Origin: a virus
Taxonomy: Duplodnaviria; Caudoviricetes
DNA length: 39,691 nucleotides
Virus record (IMG/VR): IMGVR_UViG_3300030095_004873
Coordinates: 1-39,691 of that record
Strand: one strand, 5' to 3'
Shown: positions 19,867 to 28,940 of the stretch, piece after piece
Layout of the letters: each line of letters starts with the position of its first letter
How positions within the stretch are numbered: position 1 is the stretch's first letter
Notes under the pieces: generated by a model
What the model was told of the DNA's origin: nothing
What the model saw: only the letters and a program-made list of their open reading frames with translations
Databases searched by the model: none
Program-made: the position numbers and the translations under genes

Positions 19867-22800
19867 ATGAATAATAAATATTTAGAAGAACTTTATGGGT
19901 GGATTAGTACAACTGATAGAACCTTTAATGAAAAGTATACACTTGATGAGTTTGTTGAAAATATGGATTCAGAAGATTATGCTATACAAATGTACTCCTG
20001 GATATCAGAACAAGATCCTACCTTTCAAGACCGATACACAGTTGACCTTTTTGTTGAAAAGGTAAAAAAAAAAGATTTATCTCCGCAAGATGCTATTACA
20101 GAAAGCATGGAAGATGCTTCACTTTTGGATGGTTCTCAAGGGATGGGCTCTCAGCAAATAGCTGGACCTACTGTAAACCAAGATTCTTCCGAAGAAGTTA
20201 TTCCAATAAATAAAGAGTTTAAAATTAATGAAGGTGAAGTTGATGAAGAAACTTATAATGAGTATACAGATGCTCAAGACCAACGACAACAAATAGCTGA
20301 CGATCCTTTTGAAAATGCATTAAGTTATGTGAATGCAGAATTGGTATCCCAAAATGAAAAGAATTTATCTGTAGATTTAAAATATAGATTTGGTAGATAT
20401 GGGTTTGAATTTACTCCTGATATTATTGGTGATAATATTACTATTACATCTAAACAAATAGATCCTAATACAGGAAAGCCTTACACTTTAGAGATTGAAG
20501 CAGACAGTAATGATGAAGCACTTAATCTTCAGACTGCACAAAACATACAAGATTTTATAAGAAAATATCAAAAAGTCGACACAAGGTTTGAAGATGTTTC
20601 TGGTCAACTAATAAATCAAGATAAAAAATTTCAATCAGAAGCTGAGATTAAAAATGCATTTAAAATTTTAGATGGAGAATCCAAAGCTTTTAATAGTCGA
20701 GTCCAAGAATATATAAAGAAAAGAAGAATATATCTTAATAAAAAAGCTCAAGCAGATGGGATGACTCAAGCCCAAATAAACACTGACATTGGACAAGCAT
20801 TTTTAAAAGAATTAGAACAAGTAAGGGTTTCGTTAGATGCAGAAAAGGAAGAGCTTTATGCAGAAGATGTCAGCCTTGCTAATAGAGGTTACGAAATAGA
20901 TTTATTAGTAGGAAAGTATTCCGAAATGAATGCGGGTAAAGGAACACGTTTAGGTGCACTGTGGGATGGATTTACTACAGGTGTTTCCAGATTATCCGAA
21001 ACACCTATTAATTATTTAATAGATGGTGTTGTAGAAGTAGCTCCTTTTAGTTTTCTTGTAGGGTCAACCCAGTATGAAAAATCATTTGCTCAAAGAGCTG
21101 AAGAGTTAGGATATTTCGATCCTTCTGATTTGGATAAACCTTTTGCATCTTTTGAAGCTTTCAAAGAATCTTTTTCATCTGATCAAATAAGTGAAATTGA
21201 CAACTACATAGAAGATAGGGTTAAGAAAAGTCTAAAATATGGCAACATATCTTTTAATGATGATGGTTCTATTACAACTGATAGAGCAAGACTTGGTAGT
21301 AGATATTCAGAACAAATGTTCAAGTCAGATGTAAAAGAATTAACTTCAGATGGTATGCTTCCTTTAGTAAGAAAAGGATATGATATGATGATGGGTGATG
21401 ATGATACTACTCCAGAATATTCAGAATTGATGAGAGAAGGTTTTTGGGGTGGAGCAATGTTAGGTTTGTCAGAATCAATACCAGCTTTTTTACCACTTCC
21501 AGGTGGATGGATATCTCGTACAGGAAGAATGTTTGCACAAGTGGACTCTCACTTGACTGATGAAATGATGAATAACCCAAACTTTGCAGACATACCAGAG
21601 TCAGAAAGAAAAGCTGTAGCTATGCCAATTGCAATAGTTGTGGGTGCTTTAGAGTATGTAGGTTTTAGAAACATAATGAATCAAAAAGGTTTGTTAAATA
21701 AATATGTTTTAAAAGGTTTACAACTTTATAAAGGATCACATCAAACCAAAGGATTAACATTCAGGCAAATAGTATTAAATGAAATACAAAATGATATTAA
21801 AAAAGGAGTATTGATTGTGGGTGCTGCAGGTCTTGCAGAATTTGAAACAGGGGTAGCTCAAGAGATAGCTGATATCAGTGGTAAAAGTATTTATAATGAA
21901 ATAAAAGGAACAGAGATGTTTCAAACACCTGATAGTTTTAAGGATGCATTAGGTCAAATCATTTATGCTGGAGGGCAAGAAATGGTAGGAGGATGGGTTA
22001 TGGGTACAATACCAGGTGTTGCGGCTGGGTTTGTAGGTAATGATTATACTGCTATTTCAGATCCTATGTTTGAAACTTTCGAGTCAATCAGTAGTGATAG
22101 AACTTATTTCACAGCATTTGTTCAAAAAATAAAAAATGATATTAATAGTGGAACTATAGATAAAAAAGAAGGAAAATCTTTATTAGATGCGGTAAATGCA
22201 TTGAATGGTATCGTAGATAAAGTACCTCAAGATATCGATGTAAAGCTTAGAAAAAAAGCAGTAGGTTTGTTATATAATAAATCTTTATTACTACAAAAAA
22301 GAGATAAACTTGCACCAGAACTAAGAGGTAAGGTTGATAAAGAAATAGGTAAGATTGACAAAGAGTTAAAAAAATTAATAGATGGAGCAGTTTCTGTTAA
22401 AGGAACTGAAGCTAATATAGAACAAGAAGAAGAAGTTAGTGATGAACAAGCTACTGCATATATAAATAAAGAAAATGAAACACGATCGAAGTTAGGATTA
22501 CCTGCTATAAAGATAACACCAGAGTCGATTAAAAATGCTAAATTAGAACTTAAAAAAGAAAAAGATGCCAGTAAAGAGCAAAGCCCAGTTCAGGAAACTG
22601 GCGAAGTTGAATCCCAGTCTACTGAAGAAGTGGATGAAACAGTATCCAGTGGAGTACAAGAGTCTGCCGGAACGAGTAACCAAAAAGGTACAGAGCAAGG
22701 TAAAACTACCGCGCCGAAAAAGACGGAAGTAGAAGAAGAGGTCTCTGACATCACTGAGTTTGTTGGTGAAACAGAAACTGATGGTGTAGTAGATCCTACT

Positions 22801-25800
22801 ACAGAGCTTGGTGTTCAAGAAGAGGTAGAGTTTGAGACTGAGAATGTAACTAAAGATGGTAAAGTTAAAAGAAGTAAAGCAACTAAACCAGTTGATACAA
22901 AAGTAAAAGGTAAATTTAATAGTGTTATTAAGTTTGCATCTCGTGCTGCAAGTGCAGTTAAAAGAATATTACCTAAAGTAAATATAATTCTACATGAGTC
23001 TTCTGAAAATTTTAAACAAGCCACTGGTAAAACTGGTAAAGGTTTCTTTAATCCTACCAATCAAACTATACATATAGATTTAACAAAAGGAAGTAACAAG
23101 ACAGTAGCTCACGAAATGTTTCATGCCTTATTAGTAAACTCTGTTAAGACTAATCCTCAAGCAAGAGAATTAACAAAAAGAATGGTTAAAGCTGTGGCAA
23201 AAGCTAAAGGTTTGACTAAAGAACAAAAACAAAAAATAGATACATTTATATCTAACTATGATGCCGATATTCAAAACGAAGAAAAGTTAGCAGAAATATT
23301 AGGGGTTTTAGCTGATGGCTACACTAAACTGGATGCGCCTACAAAAAGTAAAATAAGACAGTGGATAGAAAAGATAGCTGCAAGATTAGGATTAAATCTT
23401 TCTACATTTACTAAATCAGATCAAGATATAATTGATTTAATGAATACTGTTGCTCAAAAAATTAGAAGTGGAGAAACTATAACTAAAAAAGATGTTGCTG
23501 CACTTAAGACTAAAACAAAACCTAAACCTAAAAAACAAACACCTAAAAAGAAAAAAGGTGATCAGTTAGATGTATTTGAAGGTAGAGAACAAAAAGAAGC
23601 TAAACCAATAGCAGAAAGATATATGATGAGTTTAAGAGGGTTTATTAGTCCAAGAGCCTTATATGATACATCAAGATTAAAAAGAGAGTTAGAGAACATA
23701 GGAATGAGATTGGGTACTGCAAAGAATGAGTTTACTGGTGAGATAACAGGTTACTATTTCCAAAAAGTTTCAAAAAGAGGTAATCCATATTTCTATAATC
23801 CTTTTGGTAGACAACAAAAAGATATTGACAAAGCTGGAAGTGGAATTTCTAACATCGCAGAGCTTATAGTTAAACTAAAAGAAAATAACTTTACACCTGA
23901 AGCTATTAAAAAATATTTATTAGAAAATAAAAAAATAGCCTCTAACATAGTAAATAAACTTATGAACACCAGCACTTTTGTGTTAAGCAGAATGCCAGAG
24001 TCTTTTCAAAAATTAAAAGGAGGATTTCTTACTGGAATAAAATTATTTAACAAAATAGCTAAGTATAAAGATAGGTTGTCAAACAACAATACAACTCCTT
24101 TTGGAAAAAAAATGGTGGAGTTAAAACAAGAGTTAGAACAATTAAAAGCACAGAAAAACAAAAAAAGAGATATTGCAAAAACACAATTAGCAATAGATAA
24201 ACTAAAAGCTAAAAATCCAGGAGCTAAAATCTATAAACTCACTAACACTGAGATAATGAGTAAGACTATTGAGTTTTTGAGAAAGCAACCAGAGTATATG
24301 GCTGTCAAAGACAAGAAAGGATTATCATTGCTACAAGCTCAAATGGAGATGCAGTTAGAAAAAGCTTTCTATCAAGCTCCAACTAAAGATATGGCTAATC
24401 AAATGAGATTAGCACGAGCTATAGTCAATATACAAACAAAAAATGTACAGAGTTTAGAGAGGGTAAAAGCAAATTTAAGAAACTTTATAAGAGTGGTATT
24501 CCCTGCAGATATGTATACTAAACCTGAAACATTAGAGTTAGTTCAAGAAGTTCAAAATGCAACTTTAGAAAATATAAAAGAAGTAAAATCTAAGTTAATG
24601 GATATGGCAACAACAAAAATTGTCCAAGGCTTAGAAACAAAAATTAAAAGTTTACTAAATAAAAATTTTACTTCGATAGAAGGAGGTAGAGCTAAAGCGA
24701 GAATTGTTGACTCTCAAACCATAAAGCTTTTAGAACAAGTGAAAAGTATTTTTAATACTGTACAAAGTATAAAAGATAATCCTAAAAGTATAGAAAACTT
24801 AGTGCAGAAAAATTTAGACAAAATAGCTAAATTAAAAACTGAAGCAGTTCAAGATGAAAATACTTTTGCAGAACTAACTGCATTAGAAATGATTAATGAG
24901 TATGCCAATGCACAGTTGGAAGATGATTCGAGTTTTGAAAAAGTGGCAGGTTTAAATAGAGTTTTTGAAACACTTAATGAAACCCTTACAGAAGGTAGAA
25001 ACACATTAGAAGCACAAAAGAGAAGAAGATATCATACTTATTTAAAAGATATTGAAATAGCTTGGGAAAGCATTACTGGTAACAAAATAGAATTGTTGAT
25101 ACAAAATCCTAATTTTGATTCACAACTTCCAGAAGATAAGAGTAATCTACGAATGATAGTAAATCCTGATGCTAAAAAACTTATGAAGGAATATCAGAAC
25201 TTAACTGATGCTAAAAAGAGACAAGCAAAGTCTTTACCTGCTCGTATGATAAATAGTGTTACTTCAGCATTTACAAGAACACAGATAGCTAATATTTTAG
25301 ACTTAACTACTCTTGTTGAATATATTACTAAAATTCCTGGTGAATTGTTTAAAGGACCATTTCAAGATATAACTGCAAGACTGGTTGATGATGCATCAAT
25401 TATACATAAAGGATTTGGTATTCAAGATAGATTTGCAATAGAGTCACAACTTGATAAGATATATGGTAAAGGTTGGATGGGTAAAATGGAGAACGATGCT
25501 ATACCAAGAGATACTGGTATAGCTGCAGACTTAGAGAGATACAATAAGGCTAAAGCAATGTATCAAAGAAATAAGACTGATAAAAATAAATTTAAAATGG
25601 ATGCTTTACAATTACATTTATCTCCTTATCAAATAGCATATCATTTAAATCAGTATAAAGATCCTGCAAACCATGCTTCATATGAAGCAAAATATGGTAA
25701 AGACTATAAAAGAGTGATGAAAGAAATGAGAGAATACATGGAAGCCAATAATCCTGAAGCCATTGCTTTAGCAGATTATATGGTGAATGAAGCTTATCCA

Positions 25801-27516
25801 AAAATGTATGAAAGGTACAACAAAACATATAGAGAAGTATTTGGAATGGATTTGCCTTGGAGTAAAAATTATGGTGGTCAAATATTTAGAGAAGGAGTAG
25901 AGCCAAGTGAAATTGATTTATTAGCCGAAGGAAAAGGAGCATTTGCTGCAATGGCAGCACCCGCATCTTCCAAGGTTAGAAGCAAAAACAAAATACCTAT
26001 TCAAGACATGGACTTGATGAGAAGTTTTATAGCATATCGAGAACAAATGAATTGGTTTGCTGCATATTCACCAGTTTTAAATAGAATGAATAAGTTATTT
26101 AAAAACCCAAACATAGCAAAAGCTATACAATCACAATATCCAAGTGGTTTTTATAATATGATAATAAAACAAATAGATACCTTAGCAACCAAAGGTCTTA
26201 GTAATACTGCAGGAGAACAATGGTTAAATGCTGCAACAAACTACTTTGTGGTAGGTAGACTGGGTGTAAATCCGACTATCTATTTAAAACAGTTAGTGTC
26301 TTTTCCTACCTATGCCAATGATATAGGTTATATAAACTGGACAAAAAATGCAATCCAAAGTATTGGTGAGATTAGAAGTTTAATGAAAGAGGTATTAGAT
26401 AACTCTATATATTTACAAGACAGATATGGTAAATCTATTATTAAAAACTTAGAAAATTTTGTACCTACTACTGATTATGAATCTAAACTTACTCAAGGAA
26501 ACTTTCAAAAATTACTTGATGCAACTATGTATCTTGTAAAACAAGGTGATAAAGGTGCAATAATGATTGGTGGTATACCTCTTTATAGATATCATAAAAA
26601 TAAAATAAGAAAAGAAAATCCAGGCTTAACTGATCAACAAGTAATGGCAAAAGCTATTAGAGAGTTTGAAATAGCAACAAGACAAACACAACAGTCTACT
26701 GATTTACAAAACAGAGACTACACACAAACCTCTGGTATATTTGCAAGAACTATGAATATGTTCAAAACATCGATTAGATCGTATTTAAGAAAAGAAATTA
26801 TATATTTTAGAAATAGTAATAAAATGATAAGATCGTTTGGTAAAGAAGGAAGAGGTACATTGGGACAAAACTTAAGAGGTTTGCTTACATATCACACAGT
26901 ATTACCAGTATTTTTTCAATATCTATCGGCTGGGCTTCCAGGAGTGTTAGCTCCTTGGGATGAAGAAGATAAAACTGATCTTGCAAGAGCAGTAATAATA
27001 GGAAATTTTAATGCATTGTTTGTAACAGGAGACATACTTGCTATGTTTGCTGATGCTTTCACTGGTAAACCTTGGGAAGCAGATGTAACAGATGTACCAT
27101 TAATAGAAGTAGCAGAATTAATATCTAAACACGTCCAAAGAATAGCAAGAACTAAAGATGAAGATAAAAGGAATGACTTAATCACAAAGTTTATGATGGA
27201 AGATGTTCCAAGTTATTTTGGTTTAAACCTTAAGTCTCTAAATAGATGGAGAAAAAACATACAACAAATAATGGAAGATCCTTCAGATCCTAAAGAGGTG
27301 TTACTAAGATTATTTAACTTTAGTGATTTCCAAATTAAAAGTAATGAGGAGAGAAATAAAAAGAAAACAAAATCATTAAGCAAAAGAGATTTAAAAAGAA
27401 TGTTCCCTGATCTATACGAAGAAATGCAAGTACCAGATGATGTTCAACAACAAATTGATGAGATTGAGGCTGAAATTAAAAGAGTAGAAGAAGAAGCGAA
27501 AGAACAAATACAATGA
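19867..27516 (+). CDS. Giant (2549 aa) polyvalent-type internal virion protein with zincin-like metallopeptidase motif
   Basis: Last large gene of the virion operon. TVAHEMFHALL (HExxH) with downstream EEKLAE; Gly-rich hydrophobic helices in the N-terminal third; helical C-terminal region; no RNAP DxDxD motif seen. Confidence 0.75.
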   Translation: MNNKYLEELYGWISTTDRTFNEKYTLDEFVENMDSEDYAIQMYSWISEQDPTFQDRYTVDLFVEKVKKKDLSPQDAITESMEDASLLDGSQGMGSQQIAGPTVNQDSSEEVIPINKEFKINEGEVDEETYNEYTDAQDQRQQIADDPFENALSYVNAELVSQNEKNLSVDLKYRFGRYGFEFTPDIIGDNITITSKQIDPNTGKPYTLEIEADSNDEALNLQTAQNIQDFIRKYQKVDTRFEDVSGQLINQDKKFQSEAEIKNAFKILDGESKAFNSRVQEYIKKRRIYLNKKAQADGMTQAQINTDIGQAFLKELEQVRVSLDAEKEELYAEDVSLANRGYEIDLLVGKYSEMNAGKGTRLGALWDGFTTGVSRLSETPINYLIDGVVEVAPFSFLVGSTQYEKSFAQRAEELGYFDPSDLDKPFASFEAFKESFSSDQISEIDNYIEDRVKKSLKYGNISFNDDGSITTDRARLGSRYSEQMFKSDVKELTSDGMLPLVRKGYDMMMGDDDTTPEYSELMREGFWGGAMLGLSESIPAFLPLPGGWISRTGRMFAQVDSHLTDEMMNNPNFADIPESERKAVAMPIAIVVGALEYVGFRNIMNQKGLLNKYVLKGLQLYKGSHQTKGLTFRQIVLNEIQNDIKKGVLIVGAAGLAEFETGVAQEIADISGKSIYNEIKGTEMFQTPDSFKDALGQIIYAGGQEMVGGWVMGTIPGVAAGFVGNDYTAISDPMFETFESISSDRTYFTAFVQKIKNDINSGTIDKKEGKSLLDAVNALNGIVDKVPQDIDVKLRKKAVGLLYNKSLLLQKRDKLAPELRGKVDKEIGKIDKELKKLIDGAVSVKGTEANIEQEEEVSDEQATAYINKENETRSKLGLPAIKITPESIKNAKLELKKEKDASKEQSPVQETGEVESQSTEEVDETVSSGVQESAGTSNQKGTEQGKTTAPKKTEVEEEVSDITEFVGETETDGVVDPTTELGVQEEVEFETENVTKDGKVKRSKATKPVDTKVKGKFNSVIKFASRAASAVKRILPKVNIILHESSENFKQATGKTGKGFFNPTNQTIHIDLTKGSNKTVAHEMFHALLVNSVKTNPQARELTKRMVKAVAKAKGLTKEQKQKIDTFISNYDADIQNEEKLAEILGVLADGYTKLDAPTKSKIRQWIEKIAARLGLNLSTFTKSDQDIIDLMNTVAQKIRSGETITKKDVAALKTKTKPKPKKQTPKKKKGDQLDVFEGREQKEAKPIAERYMMSLRGFISPRALYDTSRLKRELENIGMRLGTAKNEFTGEITGYYFQKVSKRGNPYFYNPFGRQQKDIDKAGSGISNIAELIVKLKENNFTPEAIKKYLLENKKIASNIVNKLMNTSTFVLSRMPESFQKLKGGFLTGIKLFNKIAKYKDRLSNNNTTPFGKKMVELKQELEQLKAQKNKKRDIAKTQLAIDKLKAKNPGAKIYKLTNTEIMSKTIEFLRKQPEYMAVKDKKGLSLLQAQMEMQLEKAFYQAPTKDMANQMRLARAIVNIQTKNVQSLERVKANLRNFIRVVFPADMYTKPETLELVQEVQNATLENIKEVKSKLMDMATTKIVQGLETKIKSLLNKNFTSIEGGRAKARIVDSQTIKLLEQVKSIFNTVQSIKDNPKSIENLVQKNLDKIAKLKTEAVQDENTFAELTALEMINEYANAQLEDDSSFEKVAGLNRVFETLNETLTEGRNTLEAQKRRRYHTYLKDIEIAWESITGNKIELLIQNPNFDSQLPEDKSNLRMIVNPDAKKLMKEYQNLTDAKKRQAKSLPARMINSVTSAFTRTQIANILDLTTLVEYITKIPGELFKGPFQDITARLVDDASIIHKGFGIQDRFAIESQLDKIYGKGWMGKMENDAIPRDTGIAADLERYNKAKAMYQRNKTDKNKFKMDALQLHLSPYQIAYHLNQYKDPANHASYEAKYGKDYKRVMKEMREYMEANNPEAIALADYMVNEAYPKMYERYNKTYREVFGMDLPWSKNYGGQIFREGVEPSEIDLLAEGKGAFAAMAAPASSKVRSKNKIPIQDMDLMRSFIAYREQMNWFAAYSPVLNRMNKLFKNPNIAKAIQSQYPSGFYNMIIKQIDTLATKGLSNTAGEQWLNAATNYFVVGRLGVNPTIYLKQLVSFPTYANDIGYINWTKNAIQSIGEIRSLMKEVLDNSIYLQDRYGKSIIKNLENFVPTTDYESKLTQGNFQKLLDATMYLVKQGDKGAIMIGGIPLYRYHKNKIRKENPGLTDQQVMAKAIREFEIATRQTQQSTDLQNRDYTQTSGIFARTMNMFKTSIRSYLRKEIIYFRNSNKMIRSFGKEGRGTLGQNLRGLLTYHTVLPVFFQYLSAGLPGVLAPWDEEDKTDLARAVIIGNFNALFVTGDILAMFADAFTGKPWEADVTDVPLIEVAELISKHVQRIARTKDEDKRNDLITKFMMEDVPSYFGLNLKSLNRWRKNIQQIMEDPSDPKEVLLRLFNFSDFQIKSNEERNKKKTKSLSKRDLKRMFPDLYEEMQVPDDVQQQIDEIEAEIKRVEEEAKEQIQ
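20064..20213 (+). other. Candidate programmed -1 frameshift/transcriptional slippage site (A10) and 46-codon trans-frame extension
   Basis: GTA AAA AAA AAA GAT (A run 20064-20073). The -1 frame is closed by TGA at 20055-20057, then open to TAA at 20211-20213, with no ATG. Confidence 0.55.
22565..22732 (+). CDS. Overprinted +1-frame basic microprotein (55 aa) nested in the giant gene
   Basis: MPVKSKAQFRKLAKLNPSLLKKWMKQYPVEYKSLPERVTKKVQSKVKLPRRKRRK*. ATG in A-rich context, locally GC-richer atypical codons, and resemblance to MP(F/Y)KSxAQ...W...LPE(R/K)V small phage proteins. Confidence 0.65.
   Translation: MPVKSKAQFRKLAKLNPSLLKKWMKQYPVEYKSLPERVTKKVQSKVKLPRRKRRK
23581..23822 (+). repeat. 17-bp in-frame direct repeats (GREQK / GRQQK) 225 bp apart in the giant gene
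   Basis: ggtagagaacaaaaaga (23581-23597) and ggtagacaacaaaaaga (23806-23822), 16/17 identical. Confidence 0.65.
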
Positions 27517-27785
27517 AACTAAAACAATTTAGCATAGAGGACTTTGATGAATATACTTGTATGTATAATAGTTACTTGGTTTTAACAGGTCGAGCATCTT
27601 ACACAGAAATATTAGAAAAAGATGAAGGTGCTGCATTTATTTTTAATCCCACTAAACATTATGTTCCATTGCAAGATGATGCTTATGATATTCTTACAGA
27701 GTATTTTGAAGAAATAGAACAATACGAAATATGTGAAGAGTTAAGAAAAGCTAAATCCTTAGCTGCAGTTTTGTATGTTATTTAA
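27513..27785 (+). CDS. Small acidic phage protein with C-terminal UVR-like helical hairpin
   Basis: 90 aa, ATGA-coupled to the giant gene; YFEEIEQYEICEEL pattern common in small phage proteins. Confidence 0.65.
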   Translation: MKLKQFSIEDFDEYTCMYNSYLVLTGRASYTEILEKDEGAAFIFNPTKHYVPLQDDAYDILTEYFEEIEQYEICEELRKAKSLAAVLYVI

Positions 27786-28101
27786 AATTGTGCTTGTAGT
27801 TAAATCTCTCTGCCTCTAACTTATAGTATTGAAAAGCAAAAAATCCATGTACATGTGAATCTGTGGGAAAAAAATATTTCCAACCTTGAGACCTACCTTT
27901 GTGTATATAATAACAAAAAGCAACTGCTAATTTACCACTGGATTTTTTAAAATTAATAACTGCCGAATCATCTGATATTGGTATTACCTCATCTACTGAA
28001 AAGGATTCATTGTTGACATTTCCTGCTCTATTAAAATTTGAAAACCTTTCGGCAATTGTAATGGCAAATTGACTAAGCTCGACAGCTCTTTCTTTTTTCA
28101 T
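27778..28101 (-). CDS. Hypothetical phage protein
   Basis: 107 aa, ATGA-coupled to the upstream ORF; last gene of the minus-strand operon. Confidence 0.7.
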   Translation of the reverse strand: MKKERAVELSQFAITIAERFSNFNRAGNVNNESFSVDEVIPISDDSAVINFKKSSGKLAVAFCYYIHKGRSQGWKYFFPTDSHVHGFFAFQYYKLEAERFNYKHNFK

Positions 28102-28289
28102 ATTTCATCTGTTAGTGATTGAATTAAATCAGCACAAACTTTACAGATGTCTTGAGCTCTTTGCTTTACAGCTTCATGATCTCTTTCCATTAAATCTTCA
28201 TATAGGTCATCGACAGAGTCGTGGAGACTATTAGACACATGGTTGACATGTGCTATCGCATTTAAATCATCTGCCGAAATTTTGGCCAT
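28098..28289 (-). CDS. Hypothetical small helical protein
   Basis: 63 aa, tightly packed in the operon (3-nt gap upstream, ATGA overlap downstream). Confidence 0.7.
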   Translation of the reverse strand: MAKISADDLNAIAHVNHVSNSLHDSVDDLYEDLMERDHEAVKQRAQDICKVCADLIQSLTDEI

Positions 28290-28292
28290 CTA

Positions 28293-28940
28293 TTAATCCA
28301 TTGATGTTAATAACAACGTCCCAACTGTTGCATCAATCTTTTTGATGGTTCTGTATAATAATTTTGATTTTTGTTTTACTTCACTGCGATCTTTCAAAGA
28401 AGAATCTTGACCTAAGTTACAATATAAATTACAATCTATATGTAACAAAGTGTCAATTTTTTTTTTAGGCGTCCAAGTTTTGTAATTTAAGATTTTATCT
28501 ATATCTTCTACTGAATATCTACAATCATCTTTTGCCCAAACCATATTTTTTAACCTTTTTTTTAAATCGTTATTGTTCAAATTAAGAATTTCATTTTGTT
28601 TTTCCAAGTTTTTTACTCTTTTTTGCAACAAATTTAGAATATTTTTAGGCTTTTTTTCTTCACTTCCCTTCCATTCTAATAAAATTTGATTGTATTTTAC
28701 CTCTAAAGATGGGTTAGCCCTAACCATATATGGCCATTCTTTTAAGGCATGAATAATGGTAGCATGGTTTTTACTAAAGATTCGAGCTATGTCTTTTAAT
28801 TTATATGCACCATACTTTCTAAGTACAGTATACATAAGTGCTCTTGCTTCTATGTATTCTATTTTTCTACTGTTGCTAAAAATGTCAAGCAACTCGAGAT
28901 GTTCGCTGGTGAGATCCAGTAACAATTGTATTCGTTTCAT
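28293..28940 (-). CDS. DnaA C-terminal (domain IV)-like HTH protein with coiled coil and extra C-terminal domain
   Basis: IFSNSRKIEYIEARALMYTVLRK...LKDIARIFSKNHATIIHAL matches the DnaA domain IV pattern (SR...ARQ.AMY...IG..F.RDHTTV.HA). Confidence 0.7.
   Translation of the reverse strand: MKRIQLLLDLTSEHLELLDIFSNSRKIEYIEARALMYTVLRKYGAYKLKDIARIFSKNHATIIHALKEWPYMVRANPSLEVKYNQILLEWKGSEEKKPKNILNLLQKRVKNLEKQNEILNLNNNDLKKRLKNMVWAKDDCRYSVEDIDKILNYKTWTPKKKIDTLLHIDCNLYCNLGQDSSLKDRSEVKQKSKLLYRTIKKIDATVGTLLLTSMD

Noticed and set aside
2709-27185. Many 60-141-aa antisense ORFs within structural genes (e.g. 2709-2984, 6151-6420, 16162-16587, 22543-22818)
   Set aside because: Shadow ORFs opposite well-supported genes, with no start context or protein-like features.
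19867-27516. Giant protein as a crAss-type virion RNA polymerase
   Set aside because: No DxDxD catalytic motif seen; GDDDT does not fit.
28457-28466. Second A10 run (minus strand) in the DnaA-like gene as a frameshift site
   Set aside because: The -1 frame stops immediately (AAT TGA) and the +1 frame within about 6 codons, so there is no trans-frame extension.
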